Source: Octopus sinensis (Eukaryota). Taken from it: DNA of 23,848 bases. Location: assembly GCF_006345805.1 (NCBI RefSeq), contig NW_021836619.1, forward strand, positions 1 through 23,848, in the 5' to 3' direction. Shown one piece after another: positions 21,215 through 23,848 of this stretch; positions within the stretch are counted from its first letter, which is position 1; each line of letters begins with the position of its first letter. The position numbers and the translations under genes are program-made. The notes beneath the pieces were generated by a model, which was given only the letters and a program-made list of their open reading frames with translations, had not been told where the DNA came from and made no database searches.

Positions 21215-21779
21215 TACGAGAGTGATCCGGGACATGAAGTATTAGTAGAAATGGAAGTAATTCATTCTCTTTGATAATAGCAATGATGGCGAAGGTGATT
21301 AAAATAGCGAATCATTACCTTTAAAAACACAAACACAATCTCCCAGATTTATGAGAATCCCTTGATAACGGCCTTTCGTAAACCGACGTTCATCAAAATT
21401 GTTACTATCTTTAAACCTTATAGGCACTCATTATCCAAACGCAGCGTCAGTAAACTCAGCCATTATCCTTCAAACCAATTTGTTTCAAGCCATATGCTGC
21501 TGTTAAGCCTGCTGAAGATAAATCACTGATCCAACCCAATCCTTCTGAGCCACCTCATATTTGTAAGAGCACAACATGGCGTGTCACTGCCTCTACCAGG
21601 TTGAGTTAAAAGTATTTTTCGGATTCTCACACAATAATTCTGCAGCATGTATCTCCAATTTTTTTCATTATTTTGATACAATTTCTTCTTCAATCGTTGC
21701 TGAATTGCTTATTCCTTATTTTCATATATATGATATAAACGTTTTTTATTCTTTATTTTAAATTTTTCATTAATCAGTT

Positions 21780-22160
21780 GTGAAGAAAATGTAATTAGAA
21801 ACATTTTATGCGACCCGTGGAAGGAAAGAATAAGTGCGAGGCCAACAGCAACAGAAAATGACGGTGTGAAAGGCCCACGGACTATCAACGAAAGTGTGGC
21901 ACAAAACTAGTTTAAACTTTCCAAGGAAGGTGACTCTCGGCTTGAAAAGAAGCCAGGTTCCGGGAGACTTTCAGTAGTGGAAAATGAGGACCTCCTTGAG
22001 GGGGTTGAACAAAAACCAAGCATAAACTCATGTGCATTGTCTATAGAATTTTCTCCTTCACAAAGCACCATCCGTTACCACTTTCATAAGCTAAATCTTG
22101 CGAACAGACGCGGTCGAGAAGCTCCTCTTGAACTGATCAATGAACAGACTCATTGGTCAG
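21780..22160 (+). mobile_element. Tc1/mariner (mariner-type) transposase N-terminal HTH remnant
   Basis: From 21881 the frame reads TINESVAQN*FKLSKEGDSRLEKKPGSGRLSVVENEDLLEGVEQKPSINSCALSIEFSPSQSTIRYHFHKLNLANRRGREAPLELINEQ. This parallels mariner motifs (ER.AQ.WF..F..GD..LED.PRSGRP, S.STI..HL, W.PHEL); the TAG is at the conserved Trp. No DD34D domain or TIRs seen. Confidence 0.75.
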
Positions 22161-22162
22161 TT

Positions 22163-22193
22163 CATACATACATACATACATACATACATACAT

Positions 22194-22224
<31 letters not shown>

Positions 22225-22245
22225 TACATACATACATACATACAT

Positions 22246-22276
<31 letters not shown>

Positions 22277-22296
22277 TACATACATACATACATACA

Positions 22297-22325
<29 letters not shown>
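22163..22325. repeat. (CATA)n with (CA)n inserts
   Basis: Direct reading; interrupts the mariner remnant. Confidence 0.96.
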
Positions 22326-22327
<2 letters not shown>

Positions 22328-23467
22328 TATCTACCTCCTTAGCAACATATATACATAACCTTAAATCTCAAAATATTCCCTGTACCCTATCCTGGTCCAT
22401 CGTAAGTGAGACTTCCTCATACAACGCATTTATATGTGTAAATTATGTTTAAGAGAATCGCTAACCATCCTTCGCCACCACAACCCTTCATTATTTAATA
22501 AATTTTCAAATGTAATACTCGCTTGTAAACACAGGTTCTACTCATCATTTGCTCATTATATTAAATCTGTGTAATCCCATAACTATAAGTATCCTTACTG
22601 AAAATTTACTTGAGGTGTGAATACTACCACCTTGTTAAACTATTCTTTCTCATTTTTACTTTTGCAAATTCCTCTAACTCACCATATTCCACCTCTCTCA
22701 TAACCTCCCCACCCTCACAAGTGACCCCCTCTCATTTCTCCACCTCAACCGAAAGCACATAATACCATCCCATTCATTTGGATGATAATCTGTCAGCCCC
22801 TCCCCCTCTCTATTCACTTCTCTCTATTCAATCCCATGCACCCCTGCACACCACTGTACTCTTCCAACTCCAACCCACATTCATTATCCCATTAACTACT
22901 GCAGTCTTGACCACCAACTCATTCCCCGCGCTGTTCTTCCTCTGTCTTCTCTCATATCTTTCTACATACCTTAGTAATCTCCCTCTATCACTGAACTAAA
23001 CAACCTCAAATATTTGCCATTTCTTTACTCACCATCTCAACCAATAATTCTACAGCTTTCATTCCTACACTTTAAAAAACTCAAAACAATAGACTACCAT
23101 TCACATACTATCTCCTAGTTCTCATTATTAACCCCTCGCTCTTCTTGCACTATCTTTTCTCCTCTAACCTTTCCAGTTTTTAATACGCCTCAGTTTTCAC
23201 TCTAATATACTTAGCTCTCCACATTTAATCATTCCATCTTTGAACTTCTCTGCATTAAGATCTGAAATATAAGATCTTCTCTACCGTAATGAAGGAGGCT
23301 CGTCTCATCCTATCTTAAATGAATCCATACGGCAGTATTTTGCGATGGACTAAATCTACCAACATTATTATGAATCGCCGAGCCCCAAGAAATGGCTGTT
23401 AGACTTATAATACCTTCCTTCCACACCCCTTTCAGGTTCTCTGCCATTTGTACTCTATGTAAATTGG

Positions 23468-23532
<65 letters not shown>

Positions 23533-23730
23533 AAATTCATCACTCGTCATCTGAAAGTTTCCATCTTTTGCTTCTTTTACATATTTTGTGTTTGATTTAC
23601 TTCATATACTTCATATATTTGATGTGTCTAAATTGCTTATCCCAATAATTGCTTATATATATATATATATATATAAAATATCGTGTACATTAAAACACAT
23701 TAAGAGGCTTCCATCATATATTTATATATG

Positions 23731-23768
<38 letters not shown>

Positions 23769-23800
23769 TATTATATTATATACATATACATACATACATG
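23468..23800. repeat. (CA)n/(TA)n microsatellite tracts
   Basis: Direct reading: TA runs at about 23481-23528, 23655-23674 and 23716-23790. Confidence 0.85.
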
Positions 23801-23848
23801 AGGTAGAAAAAATTTTCTTTTTTCCCCCTCCTCAATTATATAAAAAAA

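Noticed and set aside
22660-23460. Pyrimidine-rich stretch with a coding-like minus-strand peptide (LKGVWKEGIISLTAISWGSAIHNNVGRFSPSQNTAVWIHL)
   Set aside because: May be an old transposon remnant, but I could not match it to any family motif; stops follow immediately.

Overview
AT-rich, microsatellite-dense eukaryotic DNA, probably intronic or intergenic. The SINE families and repeat density look like a coleoid cephalopod (Octopus-like); this is recognition from memory, not a database result. I found no supportable host protein-coding exon, and most ORFs in the track are translations of simple repeats. The main feature is a head-to-tail pair of R4/Dong-clade non-LTR retrotransposons (RT, CCHC, restriction-like endonuclease). 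A 5'-truncated copy (7277-8092) is followed directly by a ~4.1-kb apparently full-length copy (8093-12218). Both end in (TAA)n, and the long copy starts with seven 22-24-bp tandem repeats. Also present: a decayed Tx1/L1 ORF2 (1500-2830), a Penelope-like GIY-YIG remnant (12221-12577) with a 124-bp near-identical copy inside a (TA)n tract, a mariner transposase remnant (21780-22160), one 72-nt tRNA-Glu(CTC)-like gene (13998-14069, minus), three families of tRNA-derived SINEs (some as multimers or inverted pairs), a ~690-bp tandem duplication and a 1.5-kb mirror-composition trinucleotide domain. The most interesting signals concern retroelement mechanics rather than a new gene system.
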